From Candidatus Woesearchaeota archaeon (lineage in GTDB: Archaea > Nanobdellota > Nanobdellia > Woesearchaeales > GCA-2687795), in the NCBI GenBank assembly GCA_030753365.1, contig JASMCJ010000058.1, positions 1-35,436 on the forward strand: a DNA stretch of 35,436 nt. The letters run 5' to 3'. The position numbers and the translations under genes are program-made. This document shows, in pieces, positions 8,531 to 19,500 of the stretch. The notes under the pieces are model-generated. The model was not told where the DNA came from, did no database searches, and saw only the letters and a list, made by a program, of their open reading frames with translations. Each line of letters begins with the position of its first letter. The stretch's first letter is position 1.

Positions 8531-8923
8531 ATGGGTATTTTAGATAGGTTAGCATTCTGGAAAAAAGAGCCTGACTTAGGAGAGTTACCAGATTTAGCTG
8601 AAGGGCCTGACTTAACAAGGGATACAACAGGATTAGGCAAGCCAGAATTTGGCGCTCCACCCCTTTCTCCGCAGCAGCCATCATCTTTCTCTCCTCAGCC
8701 TCCAGAACTCTCAGCCCAACCGCAATCATCATTTCAGCAACCAATGCAGCAGCCTGTAGCTATACAACAGGAGACAATGATTTCAAAGGATATGGAGATA
8801 TTGTCTACCAAGCTTGATGTGATAAAAGCTAATTTAGATAACATCAATCAGAGATTAGAAAACATAGAAAGAATTGCTTCCGGTGAGCATGAAGAAGAAC
8901 ATGAACCTGGTGAAAAGTGGTAA
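8531..8923 (+). CDS. Hypothetical protein with Pro/Gln-rich linker and C-terminal coiled coil
   Basis: GAGGTGA RBS; amphipathic MGILDRLAFWKK start; heptad repeat KDMEILSTKLDVIKANLDNINQRLENIE. Confidence 0.8.
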   Translation: MGILDRLAFWKKEPDLGELPDLAEGPDLTRDTTGLGKPEFGAPPLSPQQPSSFSPQPPELSAQPQSSFQQPMQQPVAIQQETMISKDMEILSTKLDVIKANLDNINQRLENIERIASGEHEEEHEPGEKW

Positions 8924-8925
8924 GC

Positions 8926-9501
8926 TTATCTTCTCCTCCGTTCTCTTGCGATTAAGGTTTTGAGCTGTTCGTTTTCTCTTACTAATTCCAGCTTTTCTTT
9001 GTCGTTCTTTTCTAAAGTTTTTGTGTGTTTTGCGAGCTCAAAGTCTTCTGCCTTAATATTATTGCTTATATTAATAAACTTGGTTAATTCAGAGTTTAAG
9101 TCATTGACTTCTTCAGAGGTTTTGGTCAGTTCAGACTTGAGTTCGTTGAAGGTTTTTACATTGGTTCTTAGGCTTTCAATGTGAGGCTCTAATTCTTCTT
9201 TCAGTTGGTCAAAGATTTTCTCTGGCAGTTGGTTTTTGATGAGCCTGAAGTCGCTGATTTCATTTTCAAATTTTTCTTTGAGTTCTTCAATGGTTTCTGA
9301 GCTTTCTTTAAAGTTTGAGATGAATGCGGCCTGGTCTTCGATTGCATTGCTGAGCTTTTCTTTGAGTTCTGAGGATTCTGATTTTAGATTGGTGATGGAA
9401 TTGGTTAATGAGGTGATGGATTCTTTGTTGCTTTCTATGGCTTTTGCTATTTCATCTATGTGGTCTTTTATTTGAAGAAGATCTTTGATTTTTTGGATCA
9501 T
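8926..9501 (-). CDS. Coiled-coil hypothetical protein
   Basis: 191 aa of E/K/L-rich heptads. Confidence 0.75.
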   Translation of the reverse strand: MIQKIKDLLQIKDHIDEIAKAIESNKESITSLTNSITNLKSESSELKEKLSNAIEDQAAFISNFKESSETIEELKEKFENEISDFRLIKNQLPEKIFDQLKEELEPHIESLRTNVKTFNELKSELTKTSEEVNDLNSELTKFINISNNIKAEDFELAKHTKTLEKNDKEKLELVRENEQLKTLIARERRRR

Positions 9502-9552
9502 TTTCTAGGAGAAATCAAAAGTTTTATTAAATCTTTTCCTTAAACAGGCTTT

Positions 9553-9837
9553 ATGAAGGTTGATAAAGAGTTGATAGAGCATGTTGCTGAGGTTGCAAGG
9601 CTGAAGCTTACAAAGGAAGAGTTGAAGGAGTTTCAGCCGCAGTTGAAAGAGATTTTGAATACTTTTTCTGAGATTGATGAGGTTGATACAGGTAATACAA
9701 AGCCGAGCTTGCAGCCTGTTGAAATTAAGAATGTTATGAGAGAGGATGTTGCTGAGGGTTCTTTGAGCCAGGGGGAGGCGTTGGCTAATGCGGGACATAA
9801 GAAAGACGGCTATTTTAAAGGACCTAAGGTTATTTAG
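9553..9837 (+). CDS. gatC: Asp-tRNA(Asn)/Glu-tRNA(Gln) amidotransferase subunit C
   Basis: HVAEVARLKL...MREDV...ALANA...GYFKGPKV. Confidence 0.93.
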   Translation: MKVDKELIEHVAEVARLKLTKEELKEFQPQLKEILNTFSEIDEVDTGNTKPSLQPVEIKNVMREDVAEGSLSQGEALANAGHKKDGYFKGPKVI

Positions 9838-10360
9838 AATAGATGCAGCCGCAGTAGTGCTGCCTGTAAAGATTGTGTTTTCTGCTTAGCTGGATGCTTT
9901 TATTGTAACCGTCTTTCTTCTTGAAGTTTGATGAAAGGAATTTAATGTTATGTTTTTTTTCAAGTTCTCTGCCAATTTGGCTAATGATTTCTGCGTTCTT
10001 ATAAGGGCTTACTGTTAATGTGGTTGTAAAGAAATCAAAAGGTTTTTCTTTTGCAAGTTTTACTGTTTTTTCTAGTCTTAGTTTGAAGCAGAGTTTGCAT
10101 CTTTCTCCGCCTTCTTTGGCTTTTTCATGGCTTTTGACTGTGTTGAACCAGCTTTTAGGATCATAGTTTCCTTCGATTAAAGGAGCTTCCAAAGCATTAG
10201 CAATCTTTTTAGTTTCTTCTAACCTCTTATTGTATTCTTCTTCAGGATGAACATTAGGATTATAGAAGAACAAGGTTACAGTGTAATTCTTCTTCAGCTC
10301 AGTTATTACATGGGTTGAGCATGGCGCGCAACAGGTGTGAAGTAAAATCGAAGAAGTCAT
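9830..10360 (-). CDS. queH: Epoxyqueuosine reductase QueH (DUF208)
   Basis: LLHTCCAPCS, FFYNPNVHP..EY.KR, ERC..CF..RL and YRQHYCGC motifs; ATG 10360 overlaps the upstream stop (TAATG). Confidence 0.9.
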   Translation of the reverse strand: MTSSILLHTCCAPCSTHVITELKKNYTVTLFFYNPNVHPEEEYNKRLEETKKIANALEAPLIEGNYDPKSWFNTVKSHEKAKEGGERCKLCFKLRLEKTVKLAKEKPFDFFTTTLTVSPYKNAEIISQIGRELEKKHNIKFLSSNFKKKDGYNKSIQLSRKHNLYRQHYCGCIYSK

Positions 10361-11247
10361 TATATACACTCCTCAATAAGCTTAGACCTTTCCACCAAAT
10401 CATCATAAAAATCTTTGTAAAGGCTCACAACTTCCTCACTCTGTATAAGGACTCCTGTTGTAATGCCAAGATGAATAATAGAAAGCATCACCTTTTTCTC
10501 TGTAATAAAAATATGCATTGGAACATATTCTTCAACAACATAAATCTTCAGATTATACTTCTTAATCTTCTCCTTAATGCCTTCAACCATCTTCTCAAGA
10601 AAAGGTTCACCTAACTTTGTCTTAATAATATTAAGATTAAAATCAAGAGCACTCTTTTCAATAATTGCACTAAACCGTTTCCCTTTCTTATAAGCATCCT
10701 TATACGCTTTATATATCATAAAAGTCATTTCATGCGTTGTATGCGCCAATGTTGGTCGGTTCTTCACAATAACATCCCTAGCTTTCTGGAAATCTACGCT
10801 ATTAGAAGGATAAATTGGGAAAGGTATAGAGCCATGCCTTACAACAGTCCTTATTCCCTTACACTCAGACAAAAGCTGTATCTGTTTAAAGGTAAACTCA
10901 TCTCCACTATGAATAGTTTCCATGCTTTCAATTGACTGTTTTCTTTGCATAAGATCAAGAATTCTGTTCTCTTTTTCAACAAGCCTATCAAACTTATGTT
11001 TTAGAAAGTTTGTGATTTTCTCACTTGGGTTTGCCATGCTATACAACGCAGGCTTTCCTGAAACCTTCTCAATCAGATCATAAGACAACAGTTCATTAAG
11101 AAAATCATAAATCCTTCCAATAGGAATCTCAGTTCTCCTGCAGATTTCCGGAGCAGGAAGATCACCGTCGTATAATGTATTAAGTATAAGTGTGTGCTTG
11201 CTTTTTAGGTTAAACTCATTTGCAAGCTCTTTGATAACCTCTTTCAT
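10360..11247 (-). CDS. TrmB-family transcriptional regulator
   Basis: N-terminal wHTH EICRRTEIPIGRIYDFLNELLSYDLIE...GKPALY..NP; C-terminal effector-like domain. Confidence 0.85.
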   Translation of the reverse strand: MKEVIKELANEFNLKSKHTLILNTLYDGDLPAPEICRRTEIPIGRIYDFLNELLSYDLIEKVSGKPALYSMANPSEKITNFLKHKFDRLVEKENRILDLMQRKQSIESMETIHSGDEFTFKQIQLLSECKGIRTVVRHGSIPFPIYPSNSVDFQKARDVIVKNRPTLAHTTHEMTFMIYKAYKDAYKKGKRFSAIIEKSALDFNLNIIKTKLGEPFLEKMVEGIKEKIKKYNLKIYVVEEYVPMHIFITEKKVMLSIIHLGITTGVLIQSEEVVSLYKDFYDDLVERSKLIEECI

Positions 11248-11356
11248 GCAAAAAGAGTATTATTGAAATATATAAACTTTCTCGTTTAAACCAAAAAAAC
11301 GTTTTTTTGTAGAAAATGTATATAAGGTAGTTTAGGTTGTTTATAAATAGAGGAAA

Positions 11357-11863
11357 ATGGAATCTCCAACAAAAGATTTGGAAACCAGAGCTGAGGAAAC
11401 TATGTTTGTTGAATCGGCTTCTCTGGAAGAATTGGATTTGAGACAATGTATTGATTTCTATGTAGGAAAGTTTATTCTTGAGAAAGGAAGCAGAAGCCAG
11501 GAATATATTGATGTAATTGTAATAGAAATTCATGATAAATTTACACGTAATGGACATTCATCTAAGTTTGATGAAGATAAATGCAGGTTAATACAGGAAT
11601 ATGCTGGCTACTTAAACAGAAATGGTGTTTCAGATGAACAGAAAGAATGTTTAGAATCATATAATGTTCCTTTTGTTGAAGGGAAACCTGTTACAAATAC
11701 AATGGCAGGGGTTTTATGGACAAGCTTTCCAGACTGTAACAGTTCTCCTGCTTGGAAATATGAAGAAAGATTAATGGAAAAAATAGAGGATGCTGCTCGA
11801 GGTAAGATAACCAGATGGATGAATGGAGAGCCAATAGAATATTCTATACATTCTTTGCATTGA
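11357..11863 (+). CDS. Hypothetical protein
   Basis: 168-aa ORF with GAGG RBS; no motif recognised. Confidence 0.65.
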   Translation: MESPTKDLETRAEETMFVESASLEELDLRQCIDFYVGKFILEKGSRSQEYIDVIVIEIHDKFTRNGHSSKFDEDKCRLIQEYAGYLNRNGVSDEQKECLESYNVPFVEGKPVTNTMAGVLWTSFPDCNSSPAWKYEERLMEKIEDAARGKITRWMNGEPIEYSIHSLH

Positions 11864-11910
11864 CTCTAAAGCACAAATTATTAATATAGTTTATTATTAA
11901 CCTTTTTCTT

Positions 11911-12330
11911 ATGGAATCCCGAAAGATAAACAACAAATTTCTTATAAGATTAAAGAAGGGTGAAAAGATAATTGAAACATTAATAAAATTCTGCAAAGAG
12001 AATAATATTAACTCAGGTTACTTGTTTGCGATAGGAGCAATAAGCAAAGCTGAGCTTGCACACTATAACCTTAATAATAAAGAATATTCCTCTAAAACAT
12101 TTGATGAGCAGCTTGAGGTATGCTCTTTAACAGGAAACATTGCTTTTGTTGAGGAAGAATTGTTTCTTCATGTTCATGTTGTGCTTGCGGATGATAAGAT
12201 GCAGACCTACGCAGGACATTTAAAAGAAGGTGTTGTGTCTGCAACGCTTGAAGTAATTCTTACGCCTTGGAATGAAAGAATCGACAGAAAACATAGCGAA
12301 GAGATTGGGCTGAATCTGTTGGAGATTTGA
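11911..12330 (+). CDS. PPC/DUF296 domain protein
   Basis: RLKKGEKIIE, AIGA, EVCSLTGNI, HVHVVL and AGHL motifs. Confidence 0.9.
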   Translation: MESRKINNKFLIRLKKGEKIIETLIKFCKENNINSGYLFAIGAISKAELAHYNLNNKEYSSKTFDEQLEVCSLTGNIAFVEEELFLHVHVVLADDKMQTYAGHLKEGVVSATLEVILTPWNERIDRKHSEEIGLNLLEI

Positions 12331-12382
12331 ATATAAAACATTATCTTTTTATATCTGCACCTTCTTGATATGAATAATTAAC

Positions 12383-13792
12383 ATGAACAGCCTTGAATTT
12401 ATCCAAAAAGTAAAAAACAAAGAGATTGATGTAGTTGAACACACAAAAAAAGTAATCGAAGAATGCAAAAAGCTCAACAAGGAATACAATTACTTCAATG
12501 TTATCTCAGAAGACTTAGCAATACAACAGGCAAAACAAATAAAAAAAGAGCCAAAAGGAAAATTAGCAGGCCTTCCTGTCTCTGTAAAAGACTGCATCTG
12601 TGTAAAAGATGTTGAAAGTAGGGCAGGCTCTAAGATTCTCTCAGGCTATAAGCCAGTATTTGATGCTGACGTCATTGAGCGAATAAAAAAAGAAGGAGCC
12701 ATCATAATAGGAAAAACTGCTCAGGACGAGTTTGGATTTGGCAGTTTCTCCGCCAACATAGGTTTAGGAATGAAAACTCCTCTAAACCCTTTCGACAAGC
12801 AAAGAAGCTGTGGAGGCTCTTCAGGCGGCAGTGCTGGAATAACTCAAAAAGCAAGCTTCCCTCACATTGCAATCGCAGAATCAACCGGCGGCAGCATAGA
12901 ATGCCCAGCATCCTTCTGTGGTGTCACAGGCCTCTGCCCAACCTATGGAAGAGTATCAAGATATGGCCTCATTGACTATGCAAACAGCCTAGACAAAATA
13001 GGAGCAATGGCAAAAACAATAGAAGAGCAGGCACTAATGCTAAACGTACTATCTGGCTATGACAAAAGAGACTCAACTTCAATAAACAAGCCCTCTGAAG
13101 ACTACAAATTATCTTTAACCAAACCCTTAAAAGGATTAAAAATAGGTATCATAAAAGAATCCCTCGGGCAGGGAGTTGACAACACAATAAAAGAAAATAT
13201 CATGAAATCCATTCAAAGTTTAGAAAAGCAAGGCGCAAAAACAGAAAAAACCTCTCTGCTATTAACCTCAAAATATTCTCTCCCAACATACTACATCATT
13301 GCACTCTCAGAAGCTTCAACAAACCTTGCAAAATATTCAGGGATGAGATACGGTGCTAATGAAAAGCTTGAAGGAAACTTTAATCAATACTTCTCAAAAG
13401 TAAGAAGCGCTAACTTCACCAAAGAAACAAAGCGAAGAATCATCATAGGCACATTCGCCAGAATGGCAGGCTTCAGGGACGCATACTACATCAAGGCAAC
13501 GAAAATAAGAACACAAATCATTCAGGAATACAAAAAAGCATTCAAAAAATATGACTGCCTCATAACACCCACAATGCCAATCACAGCTCCCAAATTCAAA
13601 GACCTGGAAAAGCTCACACCCTTGCAAAATTATATGATGGACACAATGACAGTCGGCCCTAACCTTGCAGGCCTGCCCCACATAAGTATTAATATTGGCT
13701 CAAAAGACAAAATGCCCATCGGCATGATGCTCACAACAAACCACCTTGAGGAGGGGAAACTATTGCAAATAGCTTCCAAACTAACACAATGA
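12383..13792 (+). CDS. gatA: Asp-tRNA(Asn)/Glu-tRNA(Gln) amidotransferase subunit A
   Basis: Amidase signature SVKD, GGSSGGS, STGGSI, PTYGRVSRYGL; EASTNLAKYSGMRYG. Confidence 0.95.
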   Translation: MNSLEFIQKVKNKEIDVVEHTKKVIEECKKLNKEYNYFNVISEDLAIQQAKQIKKEPKGKLAGLPVSVKDCICVKDVESRAGSKILSGYKPVFDADVIERIKKEGAIIIGKTAQDEFGFGSFSANIGLGMKTPLNPFDKQRSCGGSSGGSAGITQKASFPHIAIAESTGGSIECPASFCGVTGLCPTYGRVSRYGLIDYANSLDKIGAMAKTIEEQALMLNVLSGYDKRDSTSINKPSEDYKLSLTKPLKGLKIGIIKESLGQGVDNTIKENIMKSIQSLEKQGAKTEKTSLLLTSKYSLPTYYIIALSEASTNLAKYSGMRYGANEKLEGNFNQYFSKVRSANFTKETKRRIIIGTFARMAGFRDAYYIKATKIRTQIIQEYKKAFKKYDCLITPTMPITAPKFKDLEKLTPLQNYMMDTMTVGPNLAGLPHISINIGSKDKMPIGMMLTTNHLEEGKLLQIASKLTQ

Positions 13793-14526
13793 TAAAAAAA
13801 CTCTTAATCACAGACTCAGGAAAAAGATTCTTTGTAAAAGACCTTAATGCAGACTACCACACCCAGTATGGTTTCATAAAAAAAGAAGACCTCAAAAAAG
13901 CAAAAGAAGGAACTATACTAACCTCAAACAAAGGCATAGACTTCAAAATCTTCAACCCCTCCTTCATAGACATCTACAGCAAAATCAAGCGCGGTGCCCA
14001 AATCATCATGCCAAAAGACATAGGAATCATCATCGGAGAAACCGGCATAGGAAAAACCTCCAAAATCATTGACGCAGGCTCAGGCTCCGGCGCACTAGCA
14101 TGCTTCCTTGCAAACATTGCAAAAGAAGTAATAACCTATGAAATCAGAAAAGACTTCCATGACCTTGTAAAAAACAACATAGAATCATTAGGCATAAAAA
14201 ATATCAAGCAAAAAAACAAAGACATCTACACCTCCAAAGTCACAGAAAAAAATATAGACGTAATCATTCTTGACCTACCCGAACCCTGGAAAGCATTAGA
14301 CAACATAACAGACGCCTTAAAAATAGGCGGCTTCCTTGTAACCTACTCACCCTGTATAACATCCGTAATGGAAACAATAGACTCAATCAAAGCAAGAAAA
14401 GAATTCACTTACATAAAAACCCTGGAAGCCTTAGAAAGGGAATGGCACATAGACGGCAAGAAAGTAAGGCCAAGAAGTGATATGATAGCCCACACAGCAT
14501 TCTTAAGTTTTATTAGGAAAGTTTAG
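13789..14526 (+). CDS. trmI: tRNA (adenine-N1)-methyltransferase, m1A57/58
   Basis: RGAQIIMPKD, DAGSGSGAL, LDLPEPW, YSPC and HTAFL motifs. Confidence 0.93.
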   Translation: MIKKLLITDSGKRFFVKDLNADYHTQYGFIKKEDLKKAKEGTILTSNKGIDFKIFNPSFIDIYSKIKRGAQIIMPKDIGIIIGETGIGKTSKIIDAGSGSGALACFLANIAKEVITYEIRKDFHDLVKNNIESLGIKNIKQKNKDIYTSKVTEKNIDVIILDLPEPWKALDNITDALKIGGFLVTYSPCITSVMETIDSIKARKEFTYIKTLEALEREWHIDGKKVRPRSDMIAHTAFLSFIRKV

Positions 14527-15758
14527 AAAAACCTGCTCAGCTTGCTCTGCTCTCTCATCTCCTTCAGCATAACACTCTCTCTCAGCAAATTATCAGCATC
14601 ATATCCAAACTTTCTCTTAACCAATAACCTTGCATAATCCAACATCAACTCCTTAGAACCAAACTCAATACCCTTACCCTCCAACGCCTTCCTAGCCGCA
14701 AACCTTGTTACCCACACACCAAGCGGAGCAAAGTATTCACCTGTAATAAACCTCAAAGCTAAGACTGAACATTGCCTCTTCATCTTCTTTAATTTCTCAA
14801 GAATAGCCAATCTAACCGAATAAAACCCACCCGCACAATTCTCAGCATACTTCTTCCTTCCCCTATAAGGTTCATAATCTGTCATAAACTCAATCTTATC
14901 GCTAACATTAAACTCTGCATTAGGCATATAAGTCTCAAACAACTCATAACTCCACGGCTCGGGAAAACACAAAATCAAATAATAATTCCCAATATACGAA
15001 CCAAAAAAAGCCAAATAATCTCCCTCGTTAAACTGCTTAACCTCCTTAACAACATCATTCCCTAAATTAGAATCAGTAGCAGTAATGCTCCATCTGGTAG
15101 GCACAAGCTTCCTTCCCTTCTTCAGCCCAAGATTACCAACAGACAATAATTTAGAAAGCGCATTCTCATCAAACCCTTTCTCATACAAAATCTTTAACCC
15201 TTCCCCAGCCTTCAAATCATAATCAGAAACAACCTTATCAACTTTAGAAGGAATCTTAGGATTCTCCCCTAACCTTAACCTCTCAAGCTGAGCATTAGGC
15301 CCCATAGGAAGATTAAAAGCATCAAGCTTCACTCTAAACTTCGGCTTATCCTTCAGATTAATCTCAACCTCAGCAGGCTTAGAAGCCATTGCAAGCTCCT
15401 GGTTAATCTCCAGAAACTTAGAAGACTTCTTCACATTAGTTTTAAACCTTGAATTAATCAACGCTCCTCTATAACCAATAATCTGCTGAATCTGAAAATC
15501 ATTAGCAGCCCAATGACTCGGCGCATCATACAACCAGTCATCATCAACCTTCTCAGGAGGAGATAGTGTACCAACATTAATATTAGGATAACCATATCTG
15601 CCAACAAACGGCGTATTAGAACTGCTCTGAAAATTATCTTTCCCTATTTTCTCCTTAACCTTAAACATACTAGAAGCCTTTGCATAAATCGGGCAGTAAG
15701 TTCTGCCGCAATTCTTCATAGGATCAGAGCCTTTGCACTTAATGCATGGAACTTGCAT
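14523..15758 (-). CDS. nreA: Archaeal DNA repair protein NreA
   Basis: N-terminal CxxC...C...CP; FVGRYGYP, RKLVPTRWSITATD, PLGVWV; C-terminal PIP box QSKLSRFF. Confidence 0.93.
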   Translation of the reverse strand: MQVPCIKCKGSDPMKNCGRTYCPIYAKASSMFKVKEKIGKDNFQSSSNTPFVGRYGYPNINVGTLSPPEKVDDDWLYDAPSHWAANDFQIQQIIGYRGALINSRFKTNVKKSSKFLEINQELAMASKPAEVEINLKDKPKFRVKLDAFNLPMGPNAQLERLRLGENPKIPSKVDKVVSDYDLKAGEGLKILYEKGFDENALSKLLSVGNLGLKKGRKLVPTRWSITATDSNLGNDVVKEVKQFNEGDYLAFFGSYIGNYYLILCFPEPWSYELFETYMPNAEFNVSDKIEFMTDYEPYRGRKKYAENCAGGFYSVRLAILEKLKKMKRQCSVLALRFITGEYFAPLGVWVTRFAARKALEGKGIEFGSKELMLDYARLLVKRKFGYDADNLLRESVMLKEMREQSKLSRFF

Positions 15759-15978
15759 ATTATAAAATAGAATCTAAAACTATATTTATATCTATTCTTC
15801 TTTACGAATTTAAAAACGTTTAAATACCTTTATAATACCATCTCTCCTAACTTCCACTAATTCCGACGGTAACACCCATAACTAACACATTAATTCTTCA
15901 ATACTTTAGCATAGAAAACTATTTAAACTCATATTTCTTCTATATAAAATTGATTCAATTTTTGGGGGGTAAAAAAAG

Positions 15979-16527
15979 TTGTATAATAGAAACTGGTTAT
16001 TTTATACTATAGCATTCTCAATGCTCAGCATTTCTACTCTCTCCTCCTGTGAGAAAAGGCCAACTGAATCTCTTCAACAAGACACACTTATTCTCGAAAA
16101 CAAAGAATCTCCTTTAGAAGAAAAAACATCTAAAATCTATGTCTTAGACCTAGCATACAACGAAGACAAAACCATCGAACTCTTCACAAAAGAAGCCAGG
16201 CAAGGCTATCCTGACCAAAACTATGAAGATGGAACCTACAGTTATACTATAATCTCCTTAGATAACCAAATACTCCACTCAGCAAACTTCAGAGACCCTT
16301 CTTTAATAGAAACATCCCTTTCAGGAGAAGAACCAGCAATAACACCTCCTCAAAGTTTTGTTGAAAACGGAACACCTATCCAAGAAACTGAATCCCTCTC
16401 AACATATCCTATAGACTTTGTATTATTAGTCCCTTACTTTGATAATGCTGAAAGAGTTGACATCTACGATGACCTTAGCAGTCTTGTAACATCCATTCCC
16501 GTTTCAGACATTCAGATGGGAAGCTAA
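15979..16527 (+). CDS. Putative lipoprotein, paralogous to the post-M64 domain of the giant protein
   Basis: TTG start after GGGGGT; lipobox-like LSSC; shares YPD...DGTY.Y.IISL....L.SANF.DP...FVL..P.F..AE...IYD. Confidence 0.75.
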   Translation: MYNRNWLFYTIAFSMLSISTLSSCEKRPTESLQQDTLILENKESPLEEKTSKIYVLDLAYNEDKTIELFTKEARQGYPDQNYEDGTYSYTIISLDNQILHSANFRDPSLIETSLSGEEPAITPPQSFVENGTPIQETESLSTYPIDFVLLVPYFDNAERVDIYDDLSSLVTSIPVSDIQMGS

Positions 16528-16560
16528 ATCATTATTAAAACAAAAACTAAGTGATATCAA

Positions 16561-19500
16561 ATAGAAAACAAAAAAAAGTGTGATAAACTAATAGGCTTAA
16601 TATTTTTACTCTTAATAATAATAGGAGTAACAAGCCTTACTGGCGCAGAAAACGCCGTTAACTCAGAAGCTGACCTTAACTGCGAGCAAGTTGCTTCTGA
16701 AGACATGCCATCCTTTTCATACTTTGGAATAGAACCCCCAAATACACCTTCCATATCCTCCATACCATATTCTGATCCCTTACCAGACGACCTCTTTAAA
16801 CCCGTAATGGTAAATCTAATGCTTGACATCGAAAAAGAAGGCGATGAAGTTCATGTCTACAAAGTTCTGGACATAGTAGAAGAAAAAGGCTGGACACTAA
16901 CCATCTTTGTAACAGGCGAGTTCGCATCCAACCATCCAGACATTATAAAAGACTTCAATGCCCGAGGCCATGAAATAGGAATCAGTGGCTGGGACAATCA
17001 AGACATCAACTCATTAAGCTATGAAAACCAATTAGACTTAATCAGCAGGTCAATAACCGCTGTAAAACAAGCATTAGAAGTTGAAGAATTTGATATTCAC
17101 TTCAAGCCCTCAAATATTATCTTAGACTATGATAACAATGCAGACACTTTCAAAGTTATGCAAACTCTCAATGTAAAATCCATAGTAGGCATAATCTCTG
17201 TTGGCGAAAACTATCAATGTTGGTACAGCAGGTCAAAAGGCGGAATTTATGACCCTGTTCCAACTCCTTACAATGTTAACGCAATCCCTATATCACGTAT
17301 AGAAGTTAACTCTGAAGAAACACCAGTAGTTGATGATCTCAACCTAATCTCAAATAAATACACCGAACTAACCTCTCCAGAATTTCAAAAAGTCTACCAG
17401 GAAGCATCCACAATAGAAGGTGAAGTCTTTGAAGGCAACACAAAGCCATACGTAAGAACAGTTCTACATTCCTCTGAGCTAAACACCAAAGAAAAGCTTG
17501 AAGACCTCTCAAATTTCCTTAACAGAGTAGAAAAAGCTGAAGGCCAGGTAGAGCCAATAGGAATCTATGCATCAATCCAGGGTTATATAACCACTTTAGA
17601 CTTGAAAGGTCCTGACTCTTCATATCCAGACAAAAGTCAAACACTCAATATAACCTACTATGCAAACCTATACTGCCCATGGTACTACTTTAGAATATAC
17701 GGAAAATACGACTCTCAAAACTGGAAACTATTAGGCCAGGCATCTTATTATGTTACTACAGGAACTAAGAAATTTCAAAAAGGCATCACCGTCCCTAAAC
17801 CTCCAACAGATGCAGATGATGAATACAATGTGAGAATCGTTGGAAGAGCCTGCGCTGGCGCAGCATGCTGGCCAAGCTATAACAATTATGAAAACATGGA
17901 TGAAATCAAAATCAAAATCAACAAAACATGCCAATTAGTATTTGGAAGCGGGAATGCTGCAAGATACGATATAGTCTTTGTCCCTGCAGAATTTGATGAA
18001 GCAGAATTTGACACAACCTTTGCAGCAGCAGTAACAAGCAACTGGAACGCAATCGGCAATGCCGCCCCTTTCAGCGCTAGCAAAAACAAGTTCAATGTTT
18101 GGAAAGTAAACAAATTAGACGATGCAGGCTTAAACTGCCATCAAAACTGTTCTGGATTACCTGCCTGGGCAAGCTCATACTGGTGCTGTAACAAAGCAAA
18201 GGCCAAAGCATTAGCAAGCGAATGTAAAAACAGGGACACAGTAATCACCTTAATTGATTCAACAGACTGGACCGGTTACAGAAGTGGGCCAAGATGCACA
18301 ACAGGTGGAGACCTCATTGTTAAAGCCAGGAACAACCCTGCTATCAACCTGCACGAAATGGGCCATGCCTTTGGCTTAGGAGACGAATATGTGCCTTATA
18401 ACCAAAACTTTACACCTGCCTATGCCCCTTGTGACAACTGCGACAAAAACAGCGCCTGCCCCAAATGGAACGCCAGTCCTAGTTGTATCATGGGATGCAC
18501 CTATAGGAATGATTACAGGTCAACAGCAACATCTGTAATGAGAGACAACCAACTTCCTTTCAATGCAGTCTCTGTTACGCACTTAAATGCTGAGCTTACA
18601 GCATTCTCTTCAGCCGAAGTGAGAGATGTAGGAGACTTAGATGAGCCAGAAATAAAAACATACATCCTTTCATTCATTTATCATGTTGGAAATGACTCTC
18701 TTGCCTTAGAAGATAAAGAGGTTAGAGAAACATATCCAGACGAAAATGACACAGACGGCACTTATAGGTATGAAATTATCTCATTATCTGAAACCAGCCT
18801 TTATTCAGCTAATTTCGTGGACCCCTATTTAGTAACAGATTCTGTCACTCTACTGGAAAGTTCTTTAACACCTCCTGAAGATTTTGTTATCAACGACACA
18901 CCTATACCAGACTATCCTCCACCAGAAGCACCGTCACAGGAATTTGTGTTAATAACGCCATTCTTCTTTGACGCTGAAACAATCAACATCTACGATGAAA
19001 ACAACAGTCTTAAACTTTCCATAGACGTTTCAGAATTTATGAGTGGAGACCTGACAGGAGTGATAAAAGATCCCACTGGTAATCCAGTAGTCAACGCAAT
19101 AGTCTACGCAATCCAGGATAATTACAACTACAGCTCTTCTTCATACACTAATACTAATGGAACCTATGCAATGAGAGGATTAGGTTCAGGCACAGCAAGC
19201 ATAAGAGTCACAGCATTACACGACCTTAACCTAAGAGAAGCTTCAACATCATTTACTATAGTTCCAGGCCAGAGAAATTTACTTAATATTACCCTTGCCC
19301 AATCATCAAGTATCAGCGGTACTGTTACATACCTCAATGGAACAGGCATGCCAAACCCTATCCTTTACTTAGAATACTATGAAGCCCCTCGTTACACTGG
19401 AGATGAAAATGGCAGCTACCTTATGCCTTGGTTAACTCAGGGAGCTCACACACTAAACATAGACACAGGCAACTGGTATATATGGGTTAATAACGACTAT

